A DNA stretch of 64,000 nt from an uncultured Candidatus Rokubacteria bacterium. GTDB lineage: Bacteria > Methylomirabilota > Methylomirabilia > Rokubacteriales > CSP1-6. Of the stretch, positions 23,701 to 35,676 are shown in pieces. How positions within the stretch are numbered: the stretch's first letter is position 1; each line of letters begins with the position of its first letter. The stretch spans positions 32,001 to 96,000 of the forward strand of contig CAVXJS010000022.1 in the NCBI GenBank assembly GCA_963762145.1. Reading direction: 5' to 3'. The notes beneath the pieces were generated by a model. That model was not told where the DNA came from, did not search any database, and worked only from the letters and a program-made list of their open reading frames with translations. A program made the position numbers and the translations under genes.

Positions 23701-24347
23701 CGGCCAGGTGCGTGGTCTGGCCGATGGCCGAGTAGTCCATGTGCAGGTCGCTGTCGATGGCGCGCACGACGACCTCGCCCGAGTTGAGGCCGACGCGGAT
23801 CTGCACGTCGACGCCGCGGCCGCGGCGCAGCTCCTCGGCGTACCAGCCGACCGTCTGCTGCATGCGGAGCGCGGCGTAACAGGCGCGCACCGCGTGGTCC
23901 TCGTGGGCGAGCGGCGCGCCGAAGAGCGCCATGATCCCGTCGCCCATGACCTGGTTCACGGTGCCCTCGTAGCGGTGCACCGCCTCCATCATGCGCTCGA
24001 GCACCGGGATCCAGCAGCTGCCGGGCCTCCTCCGGGTCGCGGTCGGCCAGGAGCTCCATCGAGCCCTTGAGGTCGGCGAAGAGCACCGTGACCTGCTTGC
24101 GCTCGCCTTCGAGCGCGTGCCGCGAGGTCAGGATCTTCTCGGCGAGGTGCTTCGGGGTGTAGCCCTGCGGGGAAGGCTGGCGCTCCACCGGCTCCGGGGT
24201 GGTCGGGGAGCCGCAGGAGCCGCAGAATCGCTTGTCCGGCAGCAGCTCCGCGCCGCAGCTCGGGCAGCTCGTCACCAGACGCGCGCCACACTCCTCACAG
24301 AACCGGACGCCCTCACGGTTCTGGGACTGGCAGCGGGGACACTTCAC
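20750..24347 (-). CDS. Double zinc ribbon + class III nucleotide cyclase + AAA/STAND ATPase + TPR protein (frameshifts)
   Basis: CPRC/CEEC/CPSC/CGSC, VLFADLKGS, GDGIMALFG, GEPGVGKSRL, GNPFFIEE, FRHALTHEVAY, TPR-like helices. Confidence 0.9.
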
Positions 24348-24463
24348 CTAGCCCTCCTCGGGCGGCGACGCCAGGACGAATGCCCGAGATTAGCCCGTCC
24401 CCCGGTGGGGGTCAAGGCCCTGGGGCCCCCGGGACGGGTTGTGCTTACTGGGTGGGGGCGGGA

Positions 24464-25789
24464 TCAGCGGGGCTCCTCGAGACCGAGGCGGTAGCGCCGG
24501 ATGTCGGCGCGGACGTCGCGAACGGTCTCGCCCTCGATCTCGATCCGCACCTCGTGCCGCTCCACGTCCCAGTGCTGCACCGTGGACAGCCAGCCGAAGA
24601 TCCGGCGGGACTCCGGCAGGAGCCGGCGGCCGCGGTAGATGAGGGTCGTGTGCCCGGAGGCCGGGAACTGCTCCTGGCGCTCCACGGGGGCGCCGCAGAG
24701 CCGGATGACCTCGTCGAGCGTCGTCGTCCCCGGCACGATGCGCTCGAGCACCTCCCGGGCCAGGATCACGCCCGCTCGCGGGTCGCGCCCGTCCCGCCAC
24801 GCGCCGAGCTGCACGCGCGCGGCGACCGCGTCGATCAGCGCGCAGGAGGCCCCGTCCGAGCAGCGGCCCCATCGCCTGGCCGAGAGCGAAGATGAGGAGC
24901 GGGGCGGCCACCAGGAGCACGGTCTGGGTGCGCGAGAAGTAGCCGAACTGCACGGCGAGCTGCTGCGGGGTGATGCCGTCCCCTCGATCGAGGAAGAGCG
25001 AGACGACCTGGGTGGAGTCGAGCGTCTCGCTCAGCCGCCTGATCGAGGTGGGGGGATACACCTCGTCGATCTTGAGCCGATCGGACTGGGGAAACTGCAC
25101 CACCAGCTCGGCCGGCGCGTCGGCCAGGCGCACGACGCGATCGCGATGGGCGAGGTACATCGGAAACAGCGGCCGGTCGCGGACCTCGTTGAAGCCGATG
25201 GCGACGCGCGAGGGGCCGCCGCGGATGATCGTCTCCACCCATCCGAGCTTTTGCGGCTTCACCAGCCCGGCCACGTGGAGGGTGACCTCCATGAGCCAGC
25301 CCCGGTCGGCGAGCCGCGGCGTCCACGGAATGCGAATGAAGGTGGCGGGCGGGCTCAGCCCCAGCGCGCCGGTCTGCACGAAGGTCACGAACGGCGCCCC
25401 GGCCGGCTGGACCTCGGTCGCGCCGTCGGCCAGCCCGCGGGCCAGCAGTCCCACGTGGCCTTCGGCCGTCACGTCGAAGCCGCGGTCGGTGACGTAGCGG
25501 GCCAGCGCCGCGTCCGGCTTCCGGGTGGGCGCGTCGTTCCGGATCTCCCCGGGCCAGAGCAGGAAGATGTCCTGCGCCACGTCGGCGGCCTGGCGGTCCG
25601 GCGGGAGCAGGAGGCCCCACGTCACCACCACCGGTATCGGTCCCGCCTCCTCGCGCACGGTGGCGTTGACCATCAACGGCCCGATCGTGAAGGGCGGCTC
25701 CGGGCGGGACGCGAGGAAGAGCTGCGCCTGGGCCGGAACGGGAGCCAGGAAGCAGAGCGCGACCGCTAGAGACCAGGCAAGCCGGCGCA
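24464..25789 (-). CDS. Hypothetical exported membrane-anchored protein with C-terminal SmpA/BamE-like domain (frameshift near 24840)
   Basis: Signal peptide ending AQA-Q, TM segment VLLVAAPLLIFAL, then IVPGTTTLDEVIRLCGAP. Confidence 0.6.
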
Positions 25790-25864
25790 TGGGCGAGGCC
25801 CGATCATACGCGTCCGCCACCGGCCATGCCAGGCAGGGGACGGGACCATGCTAGATTGGCCCCC

Positions 25865-26882
25865 ATGCGCCACCCCACGTCTGGCGTTTCCCGGGAACAC
25901 GCCGCCGCCGGGGCGGGGCAGGGCCGGCTCGCCGCCGCGGCGCGGGCAATCGCGGAGGGGGCTTTTCCCTACGCACCCTGGGCGTTCTGGCTGGGACTCC
26001 TGATCCTGATCTCGGTGACGCTGCTCACCATGCCCGGCAATCCGGTCCTGGATCTCAACGCCCGGAGGTACCGCGAGCCCGGCACGATCTTCGCGCACGC
26101 GGGCGCGCTGCTCTTCCTCTTCGGCCTGCTGCCGGTGGCGCCGCGCGGTCTGGCCGCGGTGGCGGCGCTCTCACCCGGGCGGCGGCGCGCGCTCCTCGGC
26201 ATGGCCGCGGTGGGGCCGCTGGCGGTGCTCGGCCTCATCGCGATCGGCTGGCCCGCGTACGCGCGCGCGCTGACGCGGGAGTGGGGTCTCGTCGAGCCGG
26301 CCGAGGCCACGCTCTATCTCACCGCCGCCTGGATCGCCTTGCGCCACGCCGCCCTGCTCGGCCCGAGGGCGCCGGACGCGCGCTGCTTCCGCTTCGTCGC
26401 CTTCGCCTGCGGGGTGCTGGCGCTCGAGGAGATGGACTGGTTCGGCCTGGTCGGGCCGATCATCGGCCGCATCGGCGCCCCCAACGTGTACCTGGGCTCC
26501 TCCCACGATCTGCTCAAGGTCGCGTGGCACTACCACTGGTTCGCGATCCCGCTCGCGCTCTCGGCCCTGCTGGTCCTCGCGGTGGTCTGGTATCGCGGCT
26601 ACGTCACGGTCGGCTTCGTCCGGCGTGAGATGTTCGATCCGACCTCGCTGCCGCTCTACGGCGCGCTGCTCGGCCAGGTCGTGGCCCAGATGCTCGATGT
26701 GGACGACACGGTCCTGAGCACGCGCCACGCGTTCTTCCGCTATCCGCTGGAGGAACCCATCGAGCTCCTGTCCGAGCTCCTCCTGGTCGGCGGCCTGCTG
26801 CTCAAGTACTGCCGCGACTGGCACCGGGCGGGCCGCCCCCGGTGGGATGAGCCCGGGGGCTGTGGTAGGCTCCCGGCCATGA
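25865..26882 (+). CDS. Hypothetical polytopic membrane protein
   Basis: About 8 hydrophobic segments with EWGLVE, LEEMDW and LEEPIE motifs. The end is inferred: removing one base near 26836-26840 gives a TGA overlapping the next ATG. Confidence 0.6.
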
Positions 26883-28241
26883 ACGCGACCACGCTGCTCG
26901 CCGAGTTCGTCACCAAGAGCCGCTACGAGGACTGCCCCGAGGGAGCCCTCGACGCCGCGCGGCGCGCCATTCTCGACTGTCTGGGCGTGATGCTGGCCGG
27001 CTCCATGGAGCCGGCGGCGCGCATTCTCCAGCAGGTGGCCCGGGCCGAAGGCGGCGCCCCGCTGGCGACGGTGGTCGGCACGGGCCGCCGCACCGGCGCG
27101 GTCTGGGCCGCGCTCTGCAACGGCACGGCGGCCCACGCGCTCGACTTCGACGACACCAACTTCGCCCTGATGGGACACCCCTCGGCTCCGGTACTGGCGG
27201 CGGCGCTGGCCGCGGGCGAGCTGGCGCTGGCCGACGGGCGCGCGGTGCTTCACGCCTTCCTGCTGGGCTTCGAGGTCGAGACCACGCTCGCCGAGGTCAT
27301 CAACCCGGCTCACTACGCCCACGGCTGGCACGCCACCTGTACGCTCGGCACGCTGGGCGCGGCGGCGGCGGCGGCGCGACTCCTGGGCCTCGACGCCGCC
27401 CAGACCCGTCACGCGCTCGCGGTGGCCGCCTCGCAGTCCTCGGGTCTGAAGGAAAACTTCGGCACCATGACCAAGCCCTTCCACGCCGGGCACGCGGCGC
27501 GGAGCGGGGTGCTGTCGGCCCTGATGGCGCGCGAGGGCTGGACCGCTTCCGAGCACGCTCTGGAAGGGCCGCAGGGCTTCTTCAGCGTGCTGGGCGCGGG
27601 CAAGCTCGATCTCGAGCCGCTCGGAACGCTCGCCGCGCCGTGGAAGATCCTGACCACCGGGGTCGCGGTGAAGCCCTACCCGTCCTGCGCCTGCACTCAC
27701 TCGATCATCGACGGCGCGCTCGAGCTGAAGCGCGTCGAGGGCATCCGGCGCCGACGAGGTCGAGGAAGTGACGGTCGGCGTGGCCGCGGGCGTGCCGCGC
27801 ATCCTGATCCACTCGCGTCCGCGCACCGGCCTCGAGGCGAAGTTCTCCGCCGAGTTCTCCGCGGCGGCCGCGCTGATCGACGGACGCGTCGGCATGGCCA
27901 CCTTCCAGGACGACCGGGCGCAGGATCCTCATCTGCGACGCCTGATGGAGCGGATCCGGGTGGTGGTGGATCCAGAGATCCCGACCGATCTCGAGCGCCA
28001 CATGTGGACCCGCCTGACCGTCCGGATGACGGGGGGCCGGACGGCCAGCATCGGCCCCCGGCCGGTGCCGGGCCATCCCGCCAATCCGCTGACGCTCGAG
28101 GCGCTCCGGGAGAAGTTCGCGGAGTGCGCCGCGCTGGTGCTCCCCGCCGATCGCGTGGACACCGTGGCCCGGATGGTCGAGTCGCTCGACACCTGCCCCG
28201 ATCTGCGGAGCCTGACCGCGATCCTCGATCCCGGCCGCTGA
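26879..28241 (+). CDS. MmgE/PrpD family protein (frameshift near 27745)
   Basis: AHALDFDD, GHPSAPV, GTMTKPFHAG, KPYPSC, AKFS, PGHPANPL. Confidence 0.9.
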
Positions 28242-28256
28242 CCGCGGCCGCGCGCC

Positions 28257-29042
28257 TCAGCGCGCGTCGTCGGACCGCGGCGGCGGGAGCCATCGGAGCG
28301 ACGCGGCGAAGAGTCCCGCCCCGATCACGAGCAGCACCGCGTTCGCGCCGTATCCCTGCGGCGAGCCGAACGCGGCCGACAGCACCACCGAGGCCGCGTT
28401 GTTGGCCACGTGGCAGATCACCGCGGGGATCACGCTGGCGGATCGCTCGGTCACCAGCCCGAGGTAGATCCCGATGCCCGTCGCCAGCACGCCGTGCACC
28501 ACCTCGCCGTGGATCACCCCGAACGCGATCGCGGTCATCAGGATGGCGGGGCCCGCGCTCCATACGCGGCGCAGCCGGGTCAGCATGAAGCCGCGGAAGA
28601 ACAGCTCCTCGCCGACCGGCGCGAAGGCGCCGATCACGAGGATCGCCAGCAGGAGACCGACCGGACTGGCCGAGGCGAGCGTCCGGGCGATCCAGTCGAG
28701 GGTGACGCCGGAGCCCACGCCCACCAGGATCGCGAGCGACTCGAGCGCCTGGCTCAGCGAGAGGATTCCCACGATCATCGCGGCGACGGTCGCGCCGGAC
28801 ACCCGGCTCGGCAGCAGGCGCAGGCGCTCGCGCCGCGGAGCGCCCGCCGCGATCCACGCGATGCCGATGAGCGCCAGGGACGACGCGGGCACGCTGACCA
28901 GGAGGGCGGTGAGGCCGTCGCGCTCCGGGTCGAACGTGCCGCCGCGCCCGGCCATGAGGGCGATCACCGCCGCGAACTGCGTGCCGAAGACCGCCGCCAC
29001 GGCGGCGAGATAGACGAGAAGGGTGGTGGCGATCACCGGCAT
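28257..29042 (-). CDS. CPBP (Abi/CAAX protease-like) intramembrane metalloprotease
   Basis: EELFFRG, FGVIH, HVANN. Confidence 0.88.
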   Translation of the reverse strand: MPVIATTLLVYLAAVAAVFGTQFAAVIALMAGRGGTFDPERDGLTALLVSVPASSLALIGIAWIAAGAPRRERLRLLPSRVSGATVAAMIVGILSLSQALESLAILVGVGSGVTLDWIARTLASASPVGLLLAILVIGAFAPVGEELFFRGFMLTRLRRVWSAGPAILMTAIAFGVIHGEVVHGVLATGIGIYLGLVTERSASVIPAVICHVANNAASVVLSAAFGSPQGYGANAVLLVIGAGLFAASLRWLPPPRSDDAR

Positions 29043-29048
29043 GACTGA

Positions 29049-29080
29049 CTCACCCCGCCCTCTCCCGCGAGGGGAGAGGG
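29049..29080 (+). repeat. REP-like palindromic repeat, copy 1
   Basis: CTCACCCCG-CCCTCTCCC-GCGAG-GGGAGAGGG. Confidence 0.75.
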
Positions 29081-29088
29081 AGATCACG

Positions 29089-30172
29089 CTAGTGGTGGCA
29101 GGTCACGCACTCGAGCGGGGCATTGCGGGGCGCGTTCTCGCTGCCCGGAGCCGGAAAGACCGACGGGATCGGCGCGTCGGCGGCGGTCTGGATCCCCTGC
29201 GACGCCCTTGACGTTGGCGGTGCGGTGGCACTCGACGCACCAGCCCATCGTCAGCTTCGGCGGCTGGTTCGGGATTCCCGCGAGGTTCTTGCAGGTCGTT
29301 GACGATGCTCTGCCCGGTCTCCGGCGTGCACGCGCTCCATCGCCTCGATACGGCCGTGGCAGGTCTGGCACTGCACGCCCGCCTGCACGTGGGGCTTGTG
29401 CGTGAACTGGGCGTGCTCGGGGATCTTGAAGACGCGGAGCCACGGGATGGGCTCCTTGCGCTCCCAGTACCCGTGGATCTTCTCGACCTCGGGATTGCCC
29501 TGCGTCGGCGACGATCTTGTGGCAGCCCATGCAGCGCTCCACCGACGGCACGCCCGCCGAGCTGCTCCGCCGCGCGTTCGCGTGGCAGTACTGGCAGGCG
29601 ATCTGGTACGAGCCGGCGTGGATCACGTGGCTGAAGAAGATCGGCTGCACCGGCCCCTGGCGCGTGGTCGGCGACCGGCAGCACCTTTGCCGGATCGTAC
29701 GCGGGCTCGGCCAGCGTCCGGACGTAGGCGATGACTTCCCGGATCTGCACGTCCGACAGGTAGGGCGTGAAGCTCGGCATCAGCGGCGAGAGCCCGACCG
29801 CCTGCCCGCCGTGCGAGATGATGCTGTGCAGGAAATGGTCGGGCAGCGGGTTGAGGATGCGGCCCTCGGTCAGGTTCTGGGGCTTGATCGGCAGGTTCTG
29901 GCCGGCGACGCCGTCGCCCTTGCCCTCGGTGCCGTGGCAGTTCGCGCAGTAGTCGCTGTAGGTCTGCTTGCCCCGCTCGATGATCCGCGGGTCGACGACC
30001 GCGGCACCATGCCCGCCTGGCGGCCGTGGCTTCTGCGTCGCCCCCGGGCCGGCCGGCGGCTGAGGCGTGGTGGCCGACTTGCGCCGCGGAATCGGGAACA
30101 GCGATCAGCATGCCGATCAGGACGGCCGCGAGAGCCGCACTGCCGACGGCGGACGGCCAGCGTGATGCGCAT
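29089..30172 (-). CDS. Multiheme cytochrome c: monoheme domain plus ActA-like pentaheme domain (frameshifts)
   Basis: Six CxxCH motifs across frames: CANCH, CQYCH, CMGCH, CQTCH, CVECH, CVTCH. Also QPIFFSHVIHAG, TMGWC and an N-terminal hydrophobic segment. Confidence 0.85.
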
Positions 30173-30208
30173 CAGGATTCGGGCTGTCTCCCTGGAAAAA
30201 CCCCACCG

Positions 30209-30253
30209 AATATACTCAAAACCCGGCCGGAATCCTAGTCAGAAATTTCACAA
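30209..30253 (-). promoter_or_regulatory. Putative CRP/FNR- or Rex-type site and -10 box of the cytochrome gene
   Basis: Minus strand TTGTGAAATTTCTGACTA, centred at about -42 if TATATT is the -10 box. Confidence 0.4.
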
Positions 30254-30291
30254 TCTCCGGGCGGCCTTGCCTCCCCGACCAGCGCCTGCCT

Positions 30292-31018
30292 TCACCCGCC
30301 GAGATACAGGCGCTTGACCTCGGGGTCGGCGAGCAGGCTCCGCCCGTGCCCCTCGAACCGGTTCCGGCCGAGCTCGAGCACGTAGGCCCGGTCGGCCACC
30401 GCCAGCGCCCGGGCCGCGTTCTGCTCCACCACCATCAGCGTGTAGCCGGCACTGCTTCATCTCGGTGAGCTTGTCGAAGATCAGCGAGACGAACTTGGGG
30501 GCCAGGCCCAGCGAGGGCTCGTCGAGCAGGATGAGCTTGGGCGTGGTCATGAGCGCCCGGCCGATGGCCACCATCTGCTGCTCGCCGCCCGACATGGTCC
30601 CCGCCTTCTGGCTCCGCCGCTCGGCCAGGATCGGGAACAGCGCGTAGACGCGCTCGAGCGCCTGCCGGATCCGGCGGCCGTCGCGCTCGATGTAGGCGCC
30701 CATCTCGAGGTTCTCCAGCACCGTCATCTGCGGGAACACGATGCGGCCCTGGGGCACGTAGGCGAGCCCGCGCGGCAGCACCTGGTCGGGGCGGAGGCCC
30801 GTGATGTCCTGGCCGTCGAAGAGGACGCGCCCGCTGGTCGGGCGCAGGAAGCCCACGATGGTCTTGAACGCGGTGGACTTGCCCGCGCCGTTGGGCCCGA
30901 TGACGCTCACCATCTCGCCCGCGCGCACGTCGAGCGTGACGTCGTGGAGGATGGCCATCTTGCCGTAGCCGGCCGTGAGCGCTCGACGTGCAGGAGGACC
31001 GGCTGGCCGCGTGGTCAC
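30292..31018 (-). CDS. Liv-type ABC transporter ATP-binding protein (LivF-like)
   Basis: GPNGAGKST, MSGGEQQM, LLDEPSLGLAP. Frameshifts near both ends. Confidence 0.9.
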
Positions 31019-31678
31019 GGCAGGCGCTCGCACGATGTAGAGCACGTGCGGGATACGGCAGGACGTCGACCATCAGGTGCCGGTAGCACCGCGGAAGCCC
31101 ACGTCCTCGAGCGAGCGCCTGCAGCTCCTCCGCCGGCCAGTAGCGCACGGGCGTGCGCGGATCCATCACCTGGTCGAGCGCGTGGGTGAACCAGCGCTTC
31201 CAGGCCGGCCGGCGGTCCACGTCCTTGATCGAGCGAGGCGGCCGCCCGCGGGCAGCGCCTTGGCCACCTGCTCGAGCAGCGGCCGCACCGCGTCCTCCGG
31301 GATGTGGTGGACGATGTCGAGCATGTAGGCGGCGTCGAAGCGCGTCGCCGCCGCGGACTCGAAGTCCATGACGTCGCCGACCTCGTACCGGACATTGGCG
31401 AGGCCGAGCCGCCGCGCGGCCGCGCGGGCCATCTCGATGCGCCGCGCGTTGCGATCGAAGCCCTCGAGCGGTCGAGCGCGGGATGCGCCGCTCGCGTAGT
31501 AGAGCGAGAAGAGCCCGAACCCGCAGCCCAGGTCGAGCACGCGGCCCCGCGCGGGCAGGTACTGGCCGATCTCGTCGAGGAACCGCTGGCGCAGGATCCA
31601 GAACCGCCCCCAGCAGTACGCGCGCACGATCGGGTCGTCGTAAGCGCGGATGACGCTACGAATCGCTTCGCTTCGCAT
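31015..31678 (-). CDS. Class I SAM-dependent methyltransferase (frameshifts)
   Basis: VLDLGCGFG, GFDRN, YMLDIVHHI. Confidence 0.85.
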
Positions 31679-33164
31679 AGATCCGGTACCCGTCGCCCTC
31701 GACGGCCAGCGTGTACGACGCGTCCAGCAGTTCGCCGCAACGCGGGGAACGCGTCGAGCCGATCGTAGCCCGGAGCGGGCCAGCGTGTCGCTCGAGCATC
31801 ACCACCGCGGCCGGGCGGCGCGGCCTCGAGCCCCGCGACGAACTCGCGCCCGGAGCGCCTCGATGCGCGGGTCGCCGATATCGTGGAAGAAGTGGAAGTC
31901 GTAGATGAAGCGCGTGGGCTGCCGCAGGCCCGAGCCGCAACAGCGCGTGGATGCCGCCGGCGGTGGTGTCCATCACCTGCACGGTGGCGCCGGGCGGCAG
32001 CGAGCGCGGCCCAGGTCGCGCGTGATGGCCGCGACGCGGCGCGCCTTCTCGGCGATCCACGGCGCGTCGAGCGCCTCCACGCCCTTGGCGCCGAGCACGA
32101 CGACGAGCAAGCGTCCAGATCGCGAGCGCGGCGGCGCCGACGAGCGCCCGAACAGATCGAAGGACGACGGGGCCCGTCGGCCCGGCGCCACGAGAGCGCG
32201 GCCGCCGGGGCCAGCGCGCAGCAGAACAGCGACGAGCGGATAGAGCTGGTACTCCCAGCCCTTCCCCTGGAACACGAAGTGGAGCGCAGCCCGTACAGCG
32301 CTCCCGCCAGCGCGAGCGCCCTTGTAGGCCGCGCTGCCGCGACGGCGGGGTCGACGAGCGCGAGCACGGCCAGGGCCAGGAGCAGCAGGATCGAGCGGGC
32401 GGCCGAAGGCGTGCCCGCTCGATCGCCTGCCACGGAGAGGCGCGGCCGATCGCCGCTGTAGAGCGGAACGACATAGCCGGTGAAGACACCCAGGAAGGAT
32501 CCGAGCCCGCCGCGCCAGGCCGAGCCAGCCGAGGGCGAGCGCCGGCACCACCAGGCCGGCGGCGAGCACGACTCCGGCGGCGCGCCAGGCGGACAGGACG
32601 CGGGGCCGATCCCGCGGCCGCGATCAGCGACGCAGAGCGCCCAGTAGAGCGCCGCGTGGGGCTTGAGCGTCACGGCCGCGCCGAGCGCGAGCCCGCCCCA
32701 GACGAGCGGCGCCGAGCGCGCCGCCCGCTCGGTGCCCCGCGCGACACCCCAGGCGCCGAGCAGGAGAGAAGGGCAGAGCAGGAAGTCGCGCTGGCCAACG
32801 CGCCAGGCGCCGCCGCTCAGGTGATAGAGCGCGAACAGCAGCGCCCCGGCCGCCGGCGGCCACCCGTCGCCGATGTGCCGGCAATACGCGCGCGAGAAGA
32901 CCGCACGTCGCCGGCGAGCCAGCCGAGATCGAAGAGCCGCCAGGCGAGGTCGCCGGGCCCGCCCACCCGGAGCACGGCCACGTGGAGCAGGTAGACGCCG
33001 GGCAGGTTCATGTCGAACACGTCGCGATACGGCACCGCGCCCTGCGCCGATCAGCCAGGCGATGTAGTGCATCAGCGGCGCGTCGTGGATCAGCGGCCAG
33101 GCGCGCGAGCGCCCAGACCAGGTACGCGAGCGAGCAGCGCGCTAGCGGCCAAAATAAGCTTCAA
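31656..33164 (-). CDS. GT-C-like integral membrane glycosyltransferase (heavily frameshifted; start approximate)
   Basis: IHDAPLMHYIAW, PYRDVFDMNLPG, GQRDFLL, TLKPH and QGKGWEYQ reconstructed across frames; many TM segments. Confidence 0.6.
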
Positions 33165-33847
33165 TGACCCGCTCGTCGGCCTGGATGACGCCCGGCGCCC
33201 CCTCGGCCAGCTTCTCGCCGTGATCGAGGACGAACACCGTCTCGCAGAGGCCCATGACCACCTTCATGTCGTGCTCGACGAGCAGCACCGTCTTGCCCTG
33301 GTCGCGCAGCTGCCGCACCGCGTCGAGCAGCTCGTTGAGCAGGGTGCGGTTGACGCCGGCGGCGGGCTCGTCGAGCAGGATCAGCTCGGGATCGGTCATG
33401 AGCACGCGGACGAACTCCACGAGCTTCTGCTGGCCGTAGGAGAGGTTGCCCGCGAACTCGCCGGCGAGCCGCTCGAGCTTCACGAAGCGCAGCAGCTCCC
33501 GGGCGCGGCGCTGCGCCTCCGCGTAGCCCGCGGTCGTCACGACCAGGAGGTTCTCGAGCGCGGTCAGCTCGGGGAAGACCCGGATCACCTGGAACGTGCG
33601 GCCCATGCCGAGATGGAAGATCTGGTGCGGCTTGAGGCCGTCGATGCGCCGGCCCTTGAAGAGGATCTCGCCCTCGTCGGCCCGGTCCACGCCGGTGATG
33701 CAGTTGAACAGCGTGGTCTTGCCCGAGCCGTTGGGCCCGATGAGCCCGTAGATGCGCCCCGGCTCGAGCGCCAGGCGAGACGCCGTCGACCGCGGCGACG
33801 CCGCCGAATCGCTTCACCACCGAGCGGATCTCCAGGATGGGCGCCAT
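33142..33847 (-). CDS. Liv-type ABC ATP-binding protein (LivG-like)
   Basis: GPNGSGKTT, LSYGQQK, LLDEPAAG, VIEAYFG. Confidence 0.9.
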
Positions 33848-33862
33848 CGGGCGGCCAACCCG

Positions 33863-34785
33863 CTAGATCGTCCGCGGCAGGTTGTACTTCTGCTGGAGCA
33901 CGCCCAGGATCCCGCGGGGCATCAGGAGCACCACCCCCACGATGATCGCGCCGAAGAGGAGCTGGTGGAGGTAGATGAAGCGGGCCCACACCATCTCCTG
34001 GAACGCGAAGAGCACCGCGGCGCCGAGCACCGGCCCCCAGATCGTCCCCTTGCCGCCGAACAGCGCCATCACGATCATGGTGATCGTCATGATCAGGGGG
34101 AACACCAGAGCGGCTCGATGTAGCCCTGGTCGCGCGCGGAGAGCCCGCCCACGATCCCGGGCGCCGCCGCGGAGAGCAGGAACGCGTAGAGCTTGTAGCG
34201 GAAGGTGTCGATCCCCATCGCCTCGGCGGCGACCTCGTCCTCGCGGATGGTCATGAGCCGGAGCCCGAAGCGCGAGGTGACGATGACGTAGGTCGACGCG
34301 CGGTCACCGCCGCCGCCACGAGGCCCATCGCGTAGTAGATCGCCACGCTCGCGTGCAGCGTGGGCAGCGAGAGGCCGTTGCCGCCGCCGGTCAGGCCCTC
34401 GTAGTAGGAGACCACCACCCGCATCACCTCGTTGAGCCCGAGCGTGGCGATCGCGAAGTAGGGCCCCTTCAGCCGCAGGCACGGCCAGCCGATGAGGAAC
34501 GCGAGTCCCGCCGCGACCACGCCGCCGCCCAGGCACGCGAGCGGCCACGTCCAGCCGAGGGCGACGATCAGGATGCTCGAGGCGTAGGCGCCGGTGCCGA
34601 AGAAGACCACGTGGCCGAACGACACGTAGCCGGTGAGCCCCGAGATGAGGTTCCAGGACTGGGCGAGCGCGATCCACATGAAGAGCTGGAGCATCACGCG
34701 GACACCGTAGCCGGTGGCCTGCAGCGGATAGAGGGCGAGGGCCACCGCGAGCACCGCGAGCGCCGACGGGGAACCAGCGCTTCAC
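33863..34785 (-). CDS. Liv-type ABC permease (LivM-like)
   Basis: SWNLISGLTGYVSFGH, LKGPYFAIAT, GGKGTIWGPVLG. Confidence 0.9.
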
Positions 34786-35658
34786 ACGCGCCCCTTCAGC
34801 AGGCCGGTGGGCCGGATCAGGAGCACCACCACCAGCAGCACGTAGGCGACCGCCTCGTTGACCTGGGACGTGAGGAAGAGCGACGCGAGCTGCTCGACGA
34901 GCCCCAGGAGCAGGCCGCCCAGCAGGGCGCCCGGGTAGTTGCCGGCGCCGCCCAGCACGATGACCAGGAACGACTTGAACGTGTAGACCTGGCCCATCTC
35001 GGGCTGGATCGCCACCATCACCGCGACGAGCGAGCCGCCCGCCGCGGCGAGCGCCGAGCCGATCCCGAAGGTGATCAGGTGGATGCGCTGCACGTCGATG
35101 CCGCAGACCTGGGCCACCTCGCGGCTCTGGGACACCGCGCGGATCGCCTTGCCGAGCCGGGTGGACCGGAGGAACACGAAGGCCCCGAGGGTGATCGCGA
35201 TGGCGAAGGCGCAGGTGGCGAGCCGCGGCTTGGACAGGGCGAACGGGCCCAGCACGAAGGAGCCGGTCAGGTACTCCACCGCGCGCAGGTCGGACGTGAA
35301 GGCGAGCTGGGCCAGGTTCACCAGCGCGATCGAGACGCCGAAGGTGAGCAGGAGCGACGACAGCTCGGGCGCGTCCACCACGCGGCGCACGAGGAAGCGC
35401 TGCAGCCCGACGCCGACCAGGAAGAGGAGCGGCATCGAGATCAGCAGGGAGAGGTACGGGATTGAAGCCGATCCACTGGAAGAGCCAGAACGTCGTGTAG
35501 GCCCCCATCATCAGGAGCGGGCCGTGGGCGACGTTGAGCACGCGCATCACGCCGAAGATCAGGCCCAGGCCCAGGGCCACCATCGCGTAGAGGGAACCGG
35601 CGAGGAGGCCCGAGATGACCACCTGGCCGATCATGCTCGGCGTGATCAGGACACCCAC
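34782..35658 (-). CDS. Liv-type ABC permease (LivH-like)
   Basis: GLIFGVMRVLNVAHG, GKAIRAVSQ, IVLGGAG. Confidence 0.9.
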
Positions 35659-35676
35659 GGGCCCTCCGGAGCATGC

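Noticed and set aside
25826-28588. Apparent 920-aa membrane protein-MmgE/PrpD fusion
   Set aside because: Deleting one base in the C-run near 26836-26840 gives a TGA overlapping the PrpD ATG (ATGA), and PrpD has its own extended -10. Most likely an indel artefact.
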